DNA of 64,000 bases from Octopus sinensis (GCF_006345805.1 NC_043003.1:32550001-32614000); one strand, 5' to 3'. Shown: positions 25,908 to 39,304, counted from the stretch's first letter. The notes: generated by a model not told the origin, from the letters alone. Numbers and translations: made by a program.

Positions 25908-26855
25908 GGTAGCTTCATTAACACATCGGTCAAGATGCTTAGATACTTAACGACAGTTCTTCCGATTTCTTTACGTTCTAAGTTCAAACTCCGCCGAAGT
26001 CAACTTTGCTTTCCAGTGAGAAAATAGGTAGAAGTTGAGCACTAAGGTAGATATAATAGACTAGCCCTCTCCCTTAAATTTCATGACTTATGCTTATACT
26101 AGAAAGGACTATCACTGCTGTTGTTCGAGAGATAAAATGATCGACAGTACTCAATTAAAACACCATATATATATCTCACACAGTCTAATCAAACGCATCA
26201 TACATCCCGATCTCCTTATCGTTGGAGACTATACTTTTGGCAAAATGTTCTTTATGGTTTAAGTCTTTTTATCATTACGGGCTTCCATTTTGCTTTAAAT
26301 TAATGTAAACTTTTATAGAATTTTGATATAATTGTTCCAGATTGAACTGTTATCAACTTTGCCTTTCACACTTCTGAAGACAATAAAATTAATAGAGCTA
26401 AGTTCTAATGACATACTGTAGGTTTTTCAACTGGCGATAACTCTCTCCTAAAATCTGTGGCATTGTGCCAATGTAAGACGTTATCATCGTTAATATTGTT
26501 ACATTTGCTCTTTCTTTTATCACACTCGCCGCTGTTACAGCTTTGGTTACTTTTAATGTTCTTCCTATTAATTGTGTTTCTATATGAGTGTTTCGTTTGT
26601 TTTTTTTTTCTTGTACTTCTCTTGTTGTTAATGTGTGTGAAGATGGACTTGTCACTGTTTGAAGTAACGTTACTATTAGTTTACGAGTTCATGGTGATAT
26701 ATATATATATATACGCACACGCAATCACAAACACACTCTATATCTTCATTTGCTTCCCCTCCCTATCTTTCGTTTTATATAATATATATATATAATATAT
26801 ATATATATAATATATATATATATATTATATATATACACACACAAACAGATTGCTC

Positions 26856-26899
<44 letters not shown>

Positions 26900-27684
26900 G
26901 TATGTTTCTCTGTATATGTGTGTGTGTATGTGTGTGTACGCATGTATCTTTTTTACACGCGCTCATTCCCTCCATGCAAGCAGGTTTTGTAAACTTAATT
27001 TAGTAATTTCTGCTTCCCTTCCTGCAATGTGTACATACCAGGTTATCGGTGTGTCAGAAATTGTGGCGAAGGAACGCAAGGTTTTATTATCAGCAATAGT
27101 TTTAAAAGTAGCCATTACCTACTTCAGTAACATCATCCAATAACGTCTTATCTCGAGGGACCATTCCGTAAACATTTAACACAGAAATACTTTGATACGC
27201 ATAAAACAAGGGAGAGTTCAGCGATTAATGGGGTATTGATTGTAAACATTGCAAATTATTTCTTACATGGGTTATTGCTATTGATGTTGGTGATGTTGGT
27301 GACGATGGTGGTAATGGTGGTGATGTTGCTGATACTGTTGCTGTTGCTGTTGTTGAGGTTGATGGTGTTGCTGCTGTAACCTATGATAACCTTCTTTGAT
27401 CAGACCTATGATCTAAACCGTAATCGTCAAGAACTGCTTTCAAGAATTTCACATAAACGCCTATATTAGCCAACGCAGTCATCCATTTCCAAAACGATAG
27501 CATTTAATTTTATAGAGACTTCGACGCTATTTCTAGCATACCGAATAGCCCCTTCATTGGCTATTGCAGGTGTTACGTGTGCTTCAATTGCAATCATAAT
27601 AATATTAAATTCTGATCCTCTTGGCTAATACTGAAATCCCAGTCTGATGTCATTTAATTAACATCTGCTAATTAACCTTTAGTA

Positions 27685-27970
27685 AGGGCATATGGCCTCG
27701 TGGTTCGGGTGTTGCATTCACGATTGTGGTTTCAATTCTTGAAGCAGGTGATTCGTTGAGTTCTTGGGCAAAACATTTCATTTCATGTTTGCTCTGCGAT
27801 TTTTTCGACACTTGAAGAGTGGCACACCGTGCGTCTCTACATGCACTGGACATTTGATGAGTGAGCTAAAGACAGTACAAACATTGGGTCACTATAAACA
27901 AATAATCTGTGCAGGTTATTCTGTAAGAAATTGTAGAGTTCTCATCTATGACTGGAGAGTCCACCACGAC
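27685..27970 (+). mobile_element. SINE family C, decayed
   Basis: TGGCCTCGTGGTTCGGGTGTTGCATTCACGATTGTGGTTTCAATTC...TTCTTGGGCAAAACATTTCATTTC. Confidence 0.6.
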
Positions 27971-28139
27971 CAATTAAATAATAAACTTAATTCAAAACTT
28001 TATTTCTCTTCTCTTCAAGAGTAAATGTTTTGTCTCATAAATTACTCAGTGGTTTCAAGGCCAAAAAATTTTCAGTTCTAAAATGTTGCTTAACCATAGA
28101 TATAGTAGTGCAGTTGATATACGGGGTGCAGTTGATATA

Positions 28140-28216
28140 CGGGGTGCGGCAGAAAGGTCGCTGCGATTTCAAAGGTTAATGAGTTGAAATCGGGGCAACC
28201 TTTCTGCCGCACCCCG
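28140..28216. mobile_element. 77-bp Tc1/mariner-type MITE, almost entirely TIR
   Basis: TA-CGGGGTGCGGCAGAAAGG...CCTTTCTGCCGCACCCCG-TA. Arms pair further through CGATTTCAA/TTGAAATCG. Confidence 0.85.
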
Positions 28217-28774
28217 TATTAAGATATTTTGGGGGCTTCGCAACGATACCGTTCATTACTTGATGTTAATGTTCATTACTTTGGTCAAGTGTCTTCTAAT
28301 TTTGTCTCGTATTGAGTTCTCTCAGTAGAATCTGAAAGGCGAAAATTGTGCTGAAGCCTTTCTATGTGTGTATGTATGTGTTTGTATGTATGTATGTATG
28401 TATGTATGTATGTATGTATGTATGTATGTATGTATGTATGTATGTATGTATTATTGTGAAGTGATATATTAATGATTGCCGTTTGCTGCTTTGAGATAAC
28501 GGCCTATTTATTAAAAGGGTGCTCATTTTCGCGTTGTCAAAGTAACAGTTTGAGGATGAGAAGCGGGGACAGGAGGAAAAGGTGAGGAATTGGGAGGGGA
28601 TAAGGGGTGGAAGAGGAAGAGAAACGATTCGATTTCGATGACGACGGAAGGATATGAATGTGTTGACGATATTAACAATTTTGTCGCGTCTTATTCCAGA
28701 AATATCCTTAAACTTACAGATAAATTTCCAACAGTCAAATGTTATCCATGACACATTTTATATGCTAAAAAATG

Positions 28775-29300
28775 AAAAAGATCTTAACCTCAAAAGGCAT
28801 AGCATTGCACCTAAACTTGAGGCTAGTAAAATGTTATGTTATGCCAATCGTCCTATACATGGCAGACACTTGGACAATGTACAGAGCAACGGAAAACAGG
28901 TTAGATGCATTTGAAATGTGGAAACTCCATAGACTGAGCAGGAAATGCTGAAAAGATATAGTAGGAGACATTGCTGTACTAGAAAAGCAGATACTGCGAA
29001 GGCATATATTGTCGAGAATTAAGTCCACAGAGTTATCATATTTTGGAAATACGATGCAACACAAGTAACTATTCAAGACCTTTCTGACAGCAAGTTTGGA
29101 GAGGAGAGAGAGTGACAGGCCGCGAAAGATGTTTTTAAAGTGATGACTTCAAAGAATGGATCGAAATCAATAGGCTGTATAACTGCATGCGCCCATCACA
29201 ACCTAGAGAGAACTGAAACCAAGTGCCCTGCCTGTGTCCAAGATTTCCGCAAATCGAACCATGGACACATGGCTGGCACTTGACTGATGGCCGATGATGG
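28775..29300 (+). pseudogene. RTE-clade LINE 3' fragment
   Basis: Peptides KILTSKGIALHLNLRLVKCYVMPIVLYMADTWT, RLDAFEMW and LSYFGN. Confidence 0.85.
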
Positions 29301-29551
29301 TGTTATGTTAGGACGACATAACAATTAAGGCGAGGAATTTTTCCAACGCTCTAACGATTTTGTAAATTTTCAACTAGTTATAAAAATACTACGACAGCTA
29401 CATTCTCTATTAAAGAAAACTGAAGATTTAGTATAATGGCAAACAAACAAATTTTAAAGGAATCAAATGAATGAGCGAGCTTCAAATCTACAACTAGTTA
29501 TAAAAATTTCTGACAGCTACATTCTCTACTCTAAATTTACCTCAAGCAAAA

Positions 29552-29775
29552 AAGGCGGCGAGCTAGTAGAATCATTAGCACTCCGAGCAAAAATGCTTAA
29601 TGACATTCCTCCTGTCTACACGCCCTGATTTTCAAATTCAGCCGTGATCGACTTACCCTTCCGTCCCTTTCAGGCTCAATAGAATAGGCACCATTCGAAC
29701 ACTGGGATCGATGTAAGTGACTTACCGCCCCTACCCTCAAAATTGGTAGCTTTGTGCTAAAGTTTGAAATCAATT
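29552..29775 (+). mobile_element. SINE family B copy
   Basis: GGCGGCGAGCTAGTAGAATCATTAGCACTCCG...CACTGGGATCGATGTAAG, the reverse orientation of the 14.8-kb and 42.5-kb copies. Confidence 0.7.
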
Positions 29776-30290
29776 TACCCTCCAGAGAAAACTGAAGGTT
29801 TAGTATAACGACAAGCCTACAAAAATTAAACGAGGGAAGTGAATAAGCGAGCTTCAATGAGTCTGTATTAGTGACATTATATTTATTAACCAGCATACTA
29901 CTTTCCTTCTAGTGTCTTTAAATCTAAAATTATGCTGAAGCCAGACTGAATATATTATTCTTCATAATTGGTTTAATGATTTGTTTACTGTGTATAATGC
30001 AGTATTTTCTCGACATTATTGTTGAAACAGCTGACAATTATATCATAGTGATGTGGTGCAATTTGGTTGTTGTTGCTTAAACAGACATTAAGTACATAAG
30101 TATAGAAAAAATTAATGTCTAAACAGAAAGTAGAGACAGACAAAAAATAATAATGTAGTTTTCATAACGCCCGATATTAATTGGGAAAGCAACAGGCAAT
30201 CTTTTGACTTTTAAGCCATCACAACTAACGCACGAACACAAACACAAGCGCACGCACGCAACCGTTTCTTGTTTCGCCCGAGGGTGTAAA

Positions 30291-30790
30291 GGTGGCTGTA
30301 AGGAAAAAGGCCGGATTTCCAGGAGTTCTCAGTTGAAGTGGCTGTCGGGAAAAGTGACGGATTTCGAGGAGTTCTGTCCGGAGGTGGCTGTCGGGAAAAG
30401 TGCCCGATTTCCGGAAGTTCTGTGTGAAGATGGCTGTCGGGAAAAGTGCAGGATTTCCGTGAGTTCTTTGTGGAGGTGGCTGTCGGGAGAAGTCCCGGAT
30501 TTCCGGGAGTTCTCTGTTAAGGTGGCTGTCGAGAAAAGTGCAGGATTTCCGGGAATTCTGTGATGTGGCTGTCGAGAAAAGGCGGGTTTCCGGGAGAGAT
30601 ATTTGGAGTTGGCTGTTATGAAAAGTGCTGGACATCCCCCCGATGCTCTGTTGGAGATGGATGTCAGGAAGAGTGCCGGATTTCCGGTATTTCTTTGATG
30701 AGGTGGCAATCGAAAAAAGTGCCGGATTTCCGGGAGTTCTGTGTGGAATTGGCTGTCGGGAAAGTACCGGATGCCGGGAGTTCTGCGTGT
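30291..30790 (+). repeat. GC-rich 46-bp minisatellite, about 11 units
   Basis: Approximate consensus GGTGGCTGTCGGGAAAAGTGCCGGATTTCCGGGAGTTCTGTGTGGA. GTGGCTGT occurs at 30292, 30338 and 30384. Confidence 0.95.
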
Positions 30791-33700
30791 CGTTAAATGA
30801 AGTTAAATAATGTTATATGAGTGACGTTACATGGCGTTGAATGACGTTAAATGACGATCAAATGATGTGAACTTAAATTACATTAAATGACGTTAAACGA
30901 CGTTAAATGACGTGACGTTAAACGACGTAAAATAACGTTAAATAATGTTACGTTAAATGTCTTTCAATGACGCTACATGACGTGACGTTAAATGGCGTAA
31001 ACTGACGTTAAACTGTCCGACAGCCACCTCCGGACAGAACTCCTCGAAATCCGTTAATTGACGTGGCGTTAAATGACGTTAAATGATGTCATATTAAATG
31101 AAGTTAAATTAGGTGACGTTAAATGACATGACGTTAAATGACGTTAAATGACGTGACGCTAAACGACGTTAAATGACATGACGTTAAATGACGTGATGTA
31201 AAATGATGTTAAATGACGTTATATGGGTGACGTTAAATTACGCTAAATGACGTGACGTTAAATGACGTTAATTGACGTAACGTTAAATGGAGTTGAATAA
31301 AGTTAAATGACATGACGGTAAATGACGTTAAATGACGTCAATTTAACGTCATTCATGTAATGTCATTTAACGTCATTTTATATCACGTCATTTAAAGTCC
31401 TTTAACCTCATGTCATTTAACCTCATGTCTTTTAACGACATTTAGCGTCACGTAACGCATTTAGCGTAATTTAGCGTCACCCATATAACGTCAATTAACG
31501 TCATTTTACATCACGTCATTTCACGTCATTTAAAGTCACGTTATATGAGTGACGTTAAATTACGCTAAATGACGTGACGCTAAATGACCTTAATTGATGT
31601 AAGGTTAAATGGCGTTGAATAAATTTAAATGACGTGACGGTAAATGACGTTAATTTAACGTCACTCATGTAATGTCATTTAACGTCATTTTACATCACGT
31701 CATTTAAGGTCCTTTAACGTCATTTAACGTTACTTAACGTCACGTCATTTAGCGTAATTTAACGTCACCTATATAACGTCATTTAACATCATTTTACATC
31801 ACGTCATTTAACGTCATGTCATTTAACGTCATTTAAGGTCGTTTACCGTCACCTCATTTAAAGGTTATTCAACGCCATTTAACGTTACCTCAATGAACGT
31901 CATTTAACGTCATCCATATAACGTCATTTAACGTCATTTTACATCACGTCATTTAGCGTAATTTATCGCCATTTAACGTCGCTTATCATCACGTTATTTA
32001 ACGTCATTCAACGCCATTTAACGCTACGTCAATTAACGTCATTTAACGTCACGTCATTTAGCGTAGTTTATGTCGCCTAAGTTATGTCTATAGCTTGTCT
32101 ATAGTTCTGTCTATAGTTTTGCCTGTAGTTTTCCATAGAAATTTCAACCGATAGTTTTAGCCTATTGTTTGTCTATACATGATCCATAGTTTTTAATGAT
32201 TTTTCGATAGTTCTGCCTATAGTTTTAGCCTATAGTCTTGTCCATACTTTGTCTATATTTTGCCTATAGATTTAGCCTATACATTCCAGACATTTCGGAC
32301 ATTACCGGCATTCCAGACATTCCGAACATCCCAGCCATACCAGATATTCCAGACATTCCAGTCATTTCACCTGACTGATAAAATACAGTTCGCCAAAAGC
32401 AAGCCACAAAATAACAGACATTTCACAATTCTAGACATCACCGGTATTACAAACATTACGGACATTCCACACATTCCACACATTCCAGAGATTCAAGACA
32501 TTTCACACATTCCAAACATTTCATAGGCATTCCAGACATTCTAAACATTCCAGACATTCCAGACATTCCAGACATACTAGACATTCCAGACATTCCACAT
32601 ATTCCAGGTATTCCAGGCATTCCAGAATGACATTCCAGACATTCCACGCATTCCTGACGTTCCTTTATATGACGTGACAATAATTTCCATTCCATGTCGT
32701 GACAAGACGTGACATTCCATTCTATTCAAAGACGTGAAGTGACGTGACATCCATGACGTTCCAGATATTGAGGTATTTCACACACCCGAGGTATTAAATG
32801 ACGTAACGTTAAATAGCGTTGAATGACTTTAAATGACGTGATGATAAACAACGTTAAATGACGTGATGTAAAATGACGTTAAATGACGTTATATGGGTGA
32901 CGTCATTTAACGTCATTTAACGTCGTTTACCGTCATGTCATTTAACGTCATTCAACGCCATTTCACGTTACGTCAGTTAATGTCATTTAACGTCAGTCAG
33001 GTAATGTCATTTAACGTCATTTTACATCACGTCCTTTAACCTCCTTTAACGTCATTTAACCTCAAGTCGTTTAACGTCATTTAACGTCGCTTACCGTCAA
33101 GTCATTTGGCGTAATTTAACGCAACACATATAACGCAATTTAACGTCATTTTACATCACGTCATTGATCGTCATTTAACGTCATGTCATTTAACGTCATT
33201 TAACGTCGTTTAACGTCCTTTAACGTCCTTTAACGTTATTCAACGCCATTTAACGTAATGTCTATTAACGTCATTTAACGTTACGTCATTTAGCGTAATT
33301 TAACGTCACACATATATAGTCATTTAACGTCATTTTAAATCACGTTATTTAACGTCATTTAACATCATGACATTTAACGTCATTTAACATCCTTTACCGT
33401 CAGGTCATTTAACGTCATTTCACGTCATTTTAGATCACGTCATTTAACGTCATGTCATATAACGTCATTTAATGTCGTTTAACGACACATCATTTAACGT
33501 CACGTAATTTAGGGTAATTTATCGTCACACACATATAATCATTTAACGTCATTTAGCGTCACGTCATTTAACGTCATTTAACGCCATTTAGCGTTGCGTC
33601 AACTAATTTCTTTTAGCGTCACGTCATTTAGCGTAACTAAACGTCACCCATATAACAACATTTAACGTCATTTTACATCACATCATTTAGCGTCATTTAA

Positions 33701-36521
33701 CGTCAAGACATTTACGTATTTTAACGTCACCCATATAACGTAATTTAACATCATGACATTTAACGTCATGTAACGTCGTATACCGTCAAGTCATTTAACG
33801 TCATTTTAAATCACGCCATTTTACGTCATTTAACGTCATTTAACGTCGTTTACCGTCACATCATTTAACGTCACATCATTTAGCGTAACTTAACTTCACC
33901 CATATAGCGTCATATAATGTCATTTTACATCACGTCATTTGACTCCATTTAACGTCATGTCATTTAACGTCATTTAACGTCATTCAACGTCGTTTACCGT
34001 AACGTCATTTAACGTCATTAAACGTCATTTTAAATCACGTCATTTAGCGTCATTTAACTTCAATGTCAGTTAACGTCACTTAACGTTGTTTACCGCCGTA
34101 TCATTTAACGTCATTTAACGTGACGTCATTTAGCGTAATTTAACATCACACATATAAATGACGTCATTTAACGTCATTTAAATCACGTCATTTAACATCA
34201 TTTAGCGTCATTTAACGTCGTTTACCGTCACATCATTTAACGTCATTTAACGTCAAGTCATTTAACGACACACGTATAAAGTCATTTAACGTAATTTTGA
34301 ATCACGTTATTTAATGTCATGTCATTTAACGTCATTTAGCGTCGTTTGACGTCATTCAACGCCATTTAGTGTTACGTCAATTATCGTCATTTAGCTTCAC
34401 GTCATTTAACGTAACTTAACGTCACCAATATAACGTCATTTAACGTCATTTTACATCACGTCATTTAACGTTACTTATCGTCATTTTACATCACGTCATT
34501 TAACGTGACATTTAATATCATTTAACGTCGTTTACTGTCAAGTCATTTAACCTCATTTAATGTCATTTTAAATCACGTCATTTAACGTCAGTTAATGTCA
34601 TATCATTCAACGTTGTTTACCCTCATTTACCGTCACATCATTTAACGTCTTTTAACGTCAAGTCATTTAACGTCATTTAACGTCGTTTACCGTCACGTCA
34701 TTTAACGTCATTTAACGTCACGTCACTAGCGTATTTTAACGTCACACATATAACGTCATTTAACGGCATTTTACATCACGTCATTTAACGTCATGTCATT
34801 TAACGTCATTTAACGTCGTTTACCGTCACATCATTTAACGTCATTTAATGTCATTTTAAATCCCATCATTTAACGTCATTTAGCGTCATGTCAGTTAACG
34901 TCATTTAACGTCGTTTACCGTCACATCATTTAACGTCATTTAGCGTAATTTAACGTCACACATATAAAGATAGTTTACGTCATTTAACGTCACACATATA
35001 AAGATAGTTTACGTCATTTAACGTCATGTCATTAAACATCATTAATGTCGTTTAACGTCATTCAACGCCATTTAACTTTACGTCAATTAGCGTCATTTAG
35101 CGTCACGTCATTTAGTGTAACTTAATGTCACCCATATAACATCATTTAACGTTGTTACATGACGTCATTTAACGTAATTTAACGTCATGACATTTAACCT
35201 CATTTAACGTCGTTTACCGTCACGTCATTTAACGTCATTTAACGTCAATTTAAATCACGTCATTTAACGTCATTTAGCGTCATGTCATGTAACCTCATTT
35301 AACGTCATTAATGTCGTTTACCATCACATCATTTAACGTCACGTCATTCAGCGTAATTTAACGTCACACGTATAAAGTCATTTAATGTCATTTTAAATCA
35401 CGTTCTTTAACGTCATTTAAAGTCATGTCATTTAACGTCCTTTAACGTCGTTTAACGTCATGCAACGTCGTTTACCGTCATGTCATTTAACGTCATTTAA
35501 CGTCACGTCATTTAGCTTAAATTAACGACACCCATATAACGTCATTCAACGTCATTTTACATCACGTCATTTAACTTCGTTTAACGTCATTTAACGTCGT
35601 TACTGTCACGTCATTTAACGTCATTTAACGCCATTTTAAATCATGTCACATAACGTCATTTAACGTCATTTAACGTCGTTTACCGTCACATCATTTAACG
35701 TCACGTTATTTAGCGTAATTTATCGTCACACATATATAGTCATTTAACGTCATTTTAAATCACGTCATTTAACGTTGTTGACCGTCACATCATTTAACGT
35801 CACGTCATTTAGCGTAATTTATCGTCACACATTTATAGTAATTTAACGTCAATTTATATCAAGTCATTTAACGTCATCTCATTTAACGTCATTTAACGTC
35901 ATTCAACGCCTTTTAACGTTACATCAATTAACGTCATTTAACGTCACGTCATTTAGCGTAACTTAACCTCACCCATATAACGTCATTTAACGTCATTTTA
36001 CATCAAGTCATTTAATGACATGACGTTAAATGACGTTAATGACTTGATGTAAAATGACGTTAAATGACGTTATATGGGTGACGTTAAGTTACGCTAAATG
36101 ACGTAACGCTAAATGACGTTAATTGACGTAACGTTAAATGGCGTTGAATGACGTTAAACGACGTTAAATGACTTTAAATGAGGTGACGTTAAATGACGTT
36201 AAACGACGTGATTTAAAATGTCGTTAAATGACTATAAATGTGTGACGATAAATTATGCTAAATGACGTGACGTGAAATGACGTTAAATGATGTGACGGTA
36301 AACGACGTTAAATGACGTGATTTAAAATGACATTAAATGACTATGTATGTGTGACGATAAATTACGCTAAATGACATTTAATGTCATTTAACGTCGTTTA
36401 CCGTCACGTCATTTAACGTTATTTACTGTGACATCATTTAACGTCATTTAACGTCACGTTATTTAGTGTAATTTAACGTTACCCATATAACGTCATTTAA
36501 CGTCATTTTACATCACGTCAC
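30791..36521. repeat. Complex satellite built from CATTTAACGT/AAATGACGTT 10-mers, with higher-order modules and several orientation switches
   Basis: Seen directly. Recurring modules CCCATATAACGT, TTTACATCACGT, TTTACCGTCAC, ATTCAACGCCATTT and AGCGTAATTT. Confidence 0.97.
32085..32770 (+). repeat. CTATAG-core repeats (32085-32280) then GACATTCCA 9-mer array (32281-32770), embedded in the satellite
   Basis: Seen directly. Confidence 0.92.
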
Positions 36522-36862
36522 TAAAACTATAGGCAGGACTAAAACTATAGGCTAAAACTATAGACAGGACTATAGACTGACAAAATAGGCTAAAACTACA
36601 GGCAAATCTATAGGCGACAAAAACTATAGGCAGACTATTGACGGCAAAAACTTTAGGCTAAAACTATAGATAATCTTTAGATAAATTATAGATAATCTAT
36701 AGGCTGAAATTACTAAAACTATAGGCAGAACTATAGACAAGATATAGGCAAAACTATAGGCTGAAATTATAGTTTTCCTGCTTATAGTTTAAGCTATCAT
36801 TTGCCTATAGTTTCAGCCTATAGTTTGCCTATAGTTTTAGGCTATAGTTTTTGCCTATAGTT
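36522..36862. repeat. CTATAG-core repeats (AAACTATAGG, then inverted CCTATAGTTT) ending the satellite
   Basis: Seen directly. Related to 32085-32280. Confidence 0.92.
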
Positions 36863-36877
36863 ATTATTTATCAAACG

Positions 36878-36923
<46 letters not shown>

Positions 36924-36930
36924 ATATATG

Positions 36931-36976
<46 letters not shown>

Positions 36977-37789
36977 ATAGTTATATATATATATGTATAT
37001 ATATATGCATATATATATATATATATATATTTATGTGTGTGTGTGTGTGTGTGTGTGTGTATTTATGTATATATATATATATGTGTGTGTGTGAGAGAGA
37101 GAGACGGACTTTCACACAGCCTCAGTCTACTAAGTTCATTCACAAGGCTTCGGTGTGTATGAGGCTAGTAATTGACACTTAGCCAAGGTGTCTCGCAGTG
37201 GGGCTGAATCTAAGACCACATGACCGGGAAGCAAGCTTCGTAACCGGACAGCCATGCCTGCATTTATATGAGTATGTGAGTGTGTATGTGTGTGTGCGTG
37301 CGAATAAAGAATGCGTCAATGTGTGTATGTGTGCATAAAAGGATTGACATTTTAGGCGAATTTGTAGCGATTGAACACATTTCTGTGTAAGACAGGATGA
37401 TGGAACAAATTTGTTTTGAATGAATGAAAGACGGACGGAAGGAAAGAAGGAAGGAAGGAAGGAAGGAATGGGTAACTGATGAAATAATGATGGAGGATAT
37501 TAATCAAGGATTGAGTTATTAATTAAATAGATGATAAATGAATGAGTTAGGAAACAACCTGTGTAAATAAGTCACTGAATGAATAATTAAATAATAGACT
37601 TAACAAATGAGTAAGAGAAACTATAATTTGAATGAATGAATGAGTGAGTGAGTGAATGGACAGAGAAAGGAATGAATGATTCGTTACATGAATGAGTGAA
37701 TATAAATAAGTAAATAAATCAGTGAAAGCCTCGATCAATGAATCAATTGTTTTTCGTATTATTTCATATAGTTGTAGTTTCTCATAGGT

Positions 37790-38102
37790 GAAGGCGCGTG
37801 GCTTGGTGGTTAGTAGTATTCGGCTCACGATTATGACGTCGGAAGTTCGATTCCCGACGGCTCGCTTTGTCTTTGAGCCACTCGAGATACATTATTTCAC
37901 GTTTGTCCGCTCCACTCGACTAGCAAATATGAGTTGTACCTATAACTGTTATACTCTTTCTCATGCTGTATCACCCCCGAGAACTACGTTAAGGGTGCAC
38001 GTAATTTGAAGTCCTCAGCCTCTTGCACGCTAATTCCACGAGTAGTCTGTTCTGTTGATCCGATCAACTGGAATCATCGTCGTCGTAAACGACGAAGTGC
38101 CA
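37790..38102 (+). mobile_element. SINE family C, near full-length
   Basis: A-box-like TGGCTTGGTGG, B-box-like GTTCGATTCC, then CTTTGAGCCA...ACATTATTTCACG. Confidence 0.75.
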
Positions 38103-38142
38103 ACAAAAGAGTTTCTCATAGAGGAACATTTGAAGGAGTAGT

Positions 38143-38532
38143 AGGTGCAGGAGTGACTGTATGGTGGTAAGCTTGCTTACTAACTACATGGTTCCGGGTT
38201 CAGTCTCACTGCGTGGCACATTGAGCAGGTGGGCTTTTACTGTAGCCTCGGGCCGACCAAGGCCTTGTAAGTGGATGTGGTAGACAGAATCTGAAAGAAG
38301 CCCGTCATATATATGTATATGTGTATATATATGTATGTGTGTGTTTGTGTGTTTGTGTTTGTCCTCCCAACATTGGTTGACAACCGATGCTGGTGTGTTT
38401 ACGTCCCCTTAAATTAGCGGTTCGGCAATAGAATAAGTACTAGGCTTACAAAGAATAAGTCCTGGGGTCGATTTGCTCGACTAAAGGCGGTGCTCCAGCA
38501 TGGCCGTAGTCAAACTACTGAAACAAGTAAAA

Positions 38533-38533
<1 letters not shown>
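38143..38533 (+). mobile_element. SINE family A, full-length (tRNA-derived head, internal microsatellite)
   Basis: Head GGTGCAGGAGTGACTGTATGGTGGTAAG...GGGTTCAGTCTCAC. Tail GGTGCTCCAGCATGGCCG...GAAACAAGTAAAAGA followed by (GTA)n. Many other copies in the window. Confidence 0.9.
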
Positions 38534-38585
<52 letters not shown>

Positions 38586-38998
38586 TCTGTCGTGGTTCAG
38601 CTCCTGGCGAGCTCTCCAAACAAGTGGAACTATGATGAGAAAAGGAGTTGTAGGTATGGAAATAACTTCCCATTTGAAAAATGTTTGGCTACTATTTCTA
38701 GCTTGTTGTTCTACCACGTAGAAGCACCCTCGACCTGTATTTATTGGTGATCATAGCAGTAGTCAAAACAGATCGATACCTGTGGTGGTTAATTTGGGTC
38801 GAACTACTACTACTACTACTACTACTACTGTCTCAATAGGTTCACTGAATGACGTAAAACACTTGAATATCAATTGTGCTATTTACAAAAAATAAATGCA
38901 AAAACATTTACTTCCTGTTTCTGTTGTAATGTGCTTTGTTTTGTGTCGTTGGAGTTGGTCCTGTTATTGTCTCCCATGCTGATGGTGACAGTGCTGCT

Positions 38999-39020
38999 GT
39001 TGATGATGATGATGATGATT

Positions 39021-39053
<33 letters not shown>

Positions 39054-39248
39054 TGGAGGAGGAAAATGATGATAATGATGGTGATGCTAAAGGGGATGAG
39101 GTGGAGGCGAAGGTGGATGAGAAGGAAAGGGGGCGGAAGGTGGTGGTTATGGTGTTGCTGCTGCAGCTGCTGGTTGTGGTGGTGCAGATGGAGTTGCTGA
39201 TGGTGATGACAGCGATGATGATGATGATGATGATGATGATGGTGGTGG

Positions 39249-39304
<56 letters not shown>

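Noticed and set aside
30204-30810. Overlapping ORFs, and regularly spaced repeats suggestive of CRISPR
   Set aside because: A pure 46-bp tandem minisatellite with no unique spacers, no cas genes and a eukaryotic context.
38143-38215. tRNA-like sequences here and at other SINE heads
   Set aside because: They lack a complete cloverleaf and continue into SINE bodies, so they are not tRNA genes.
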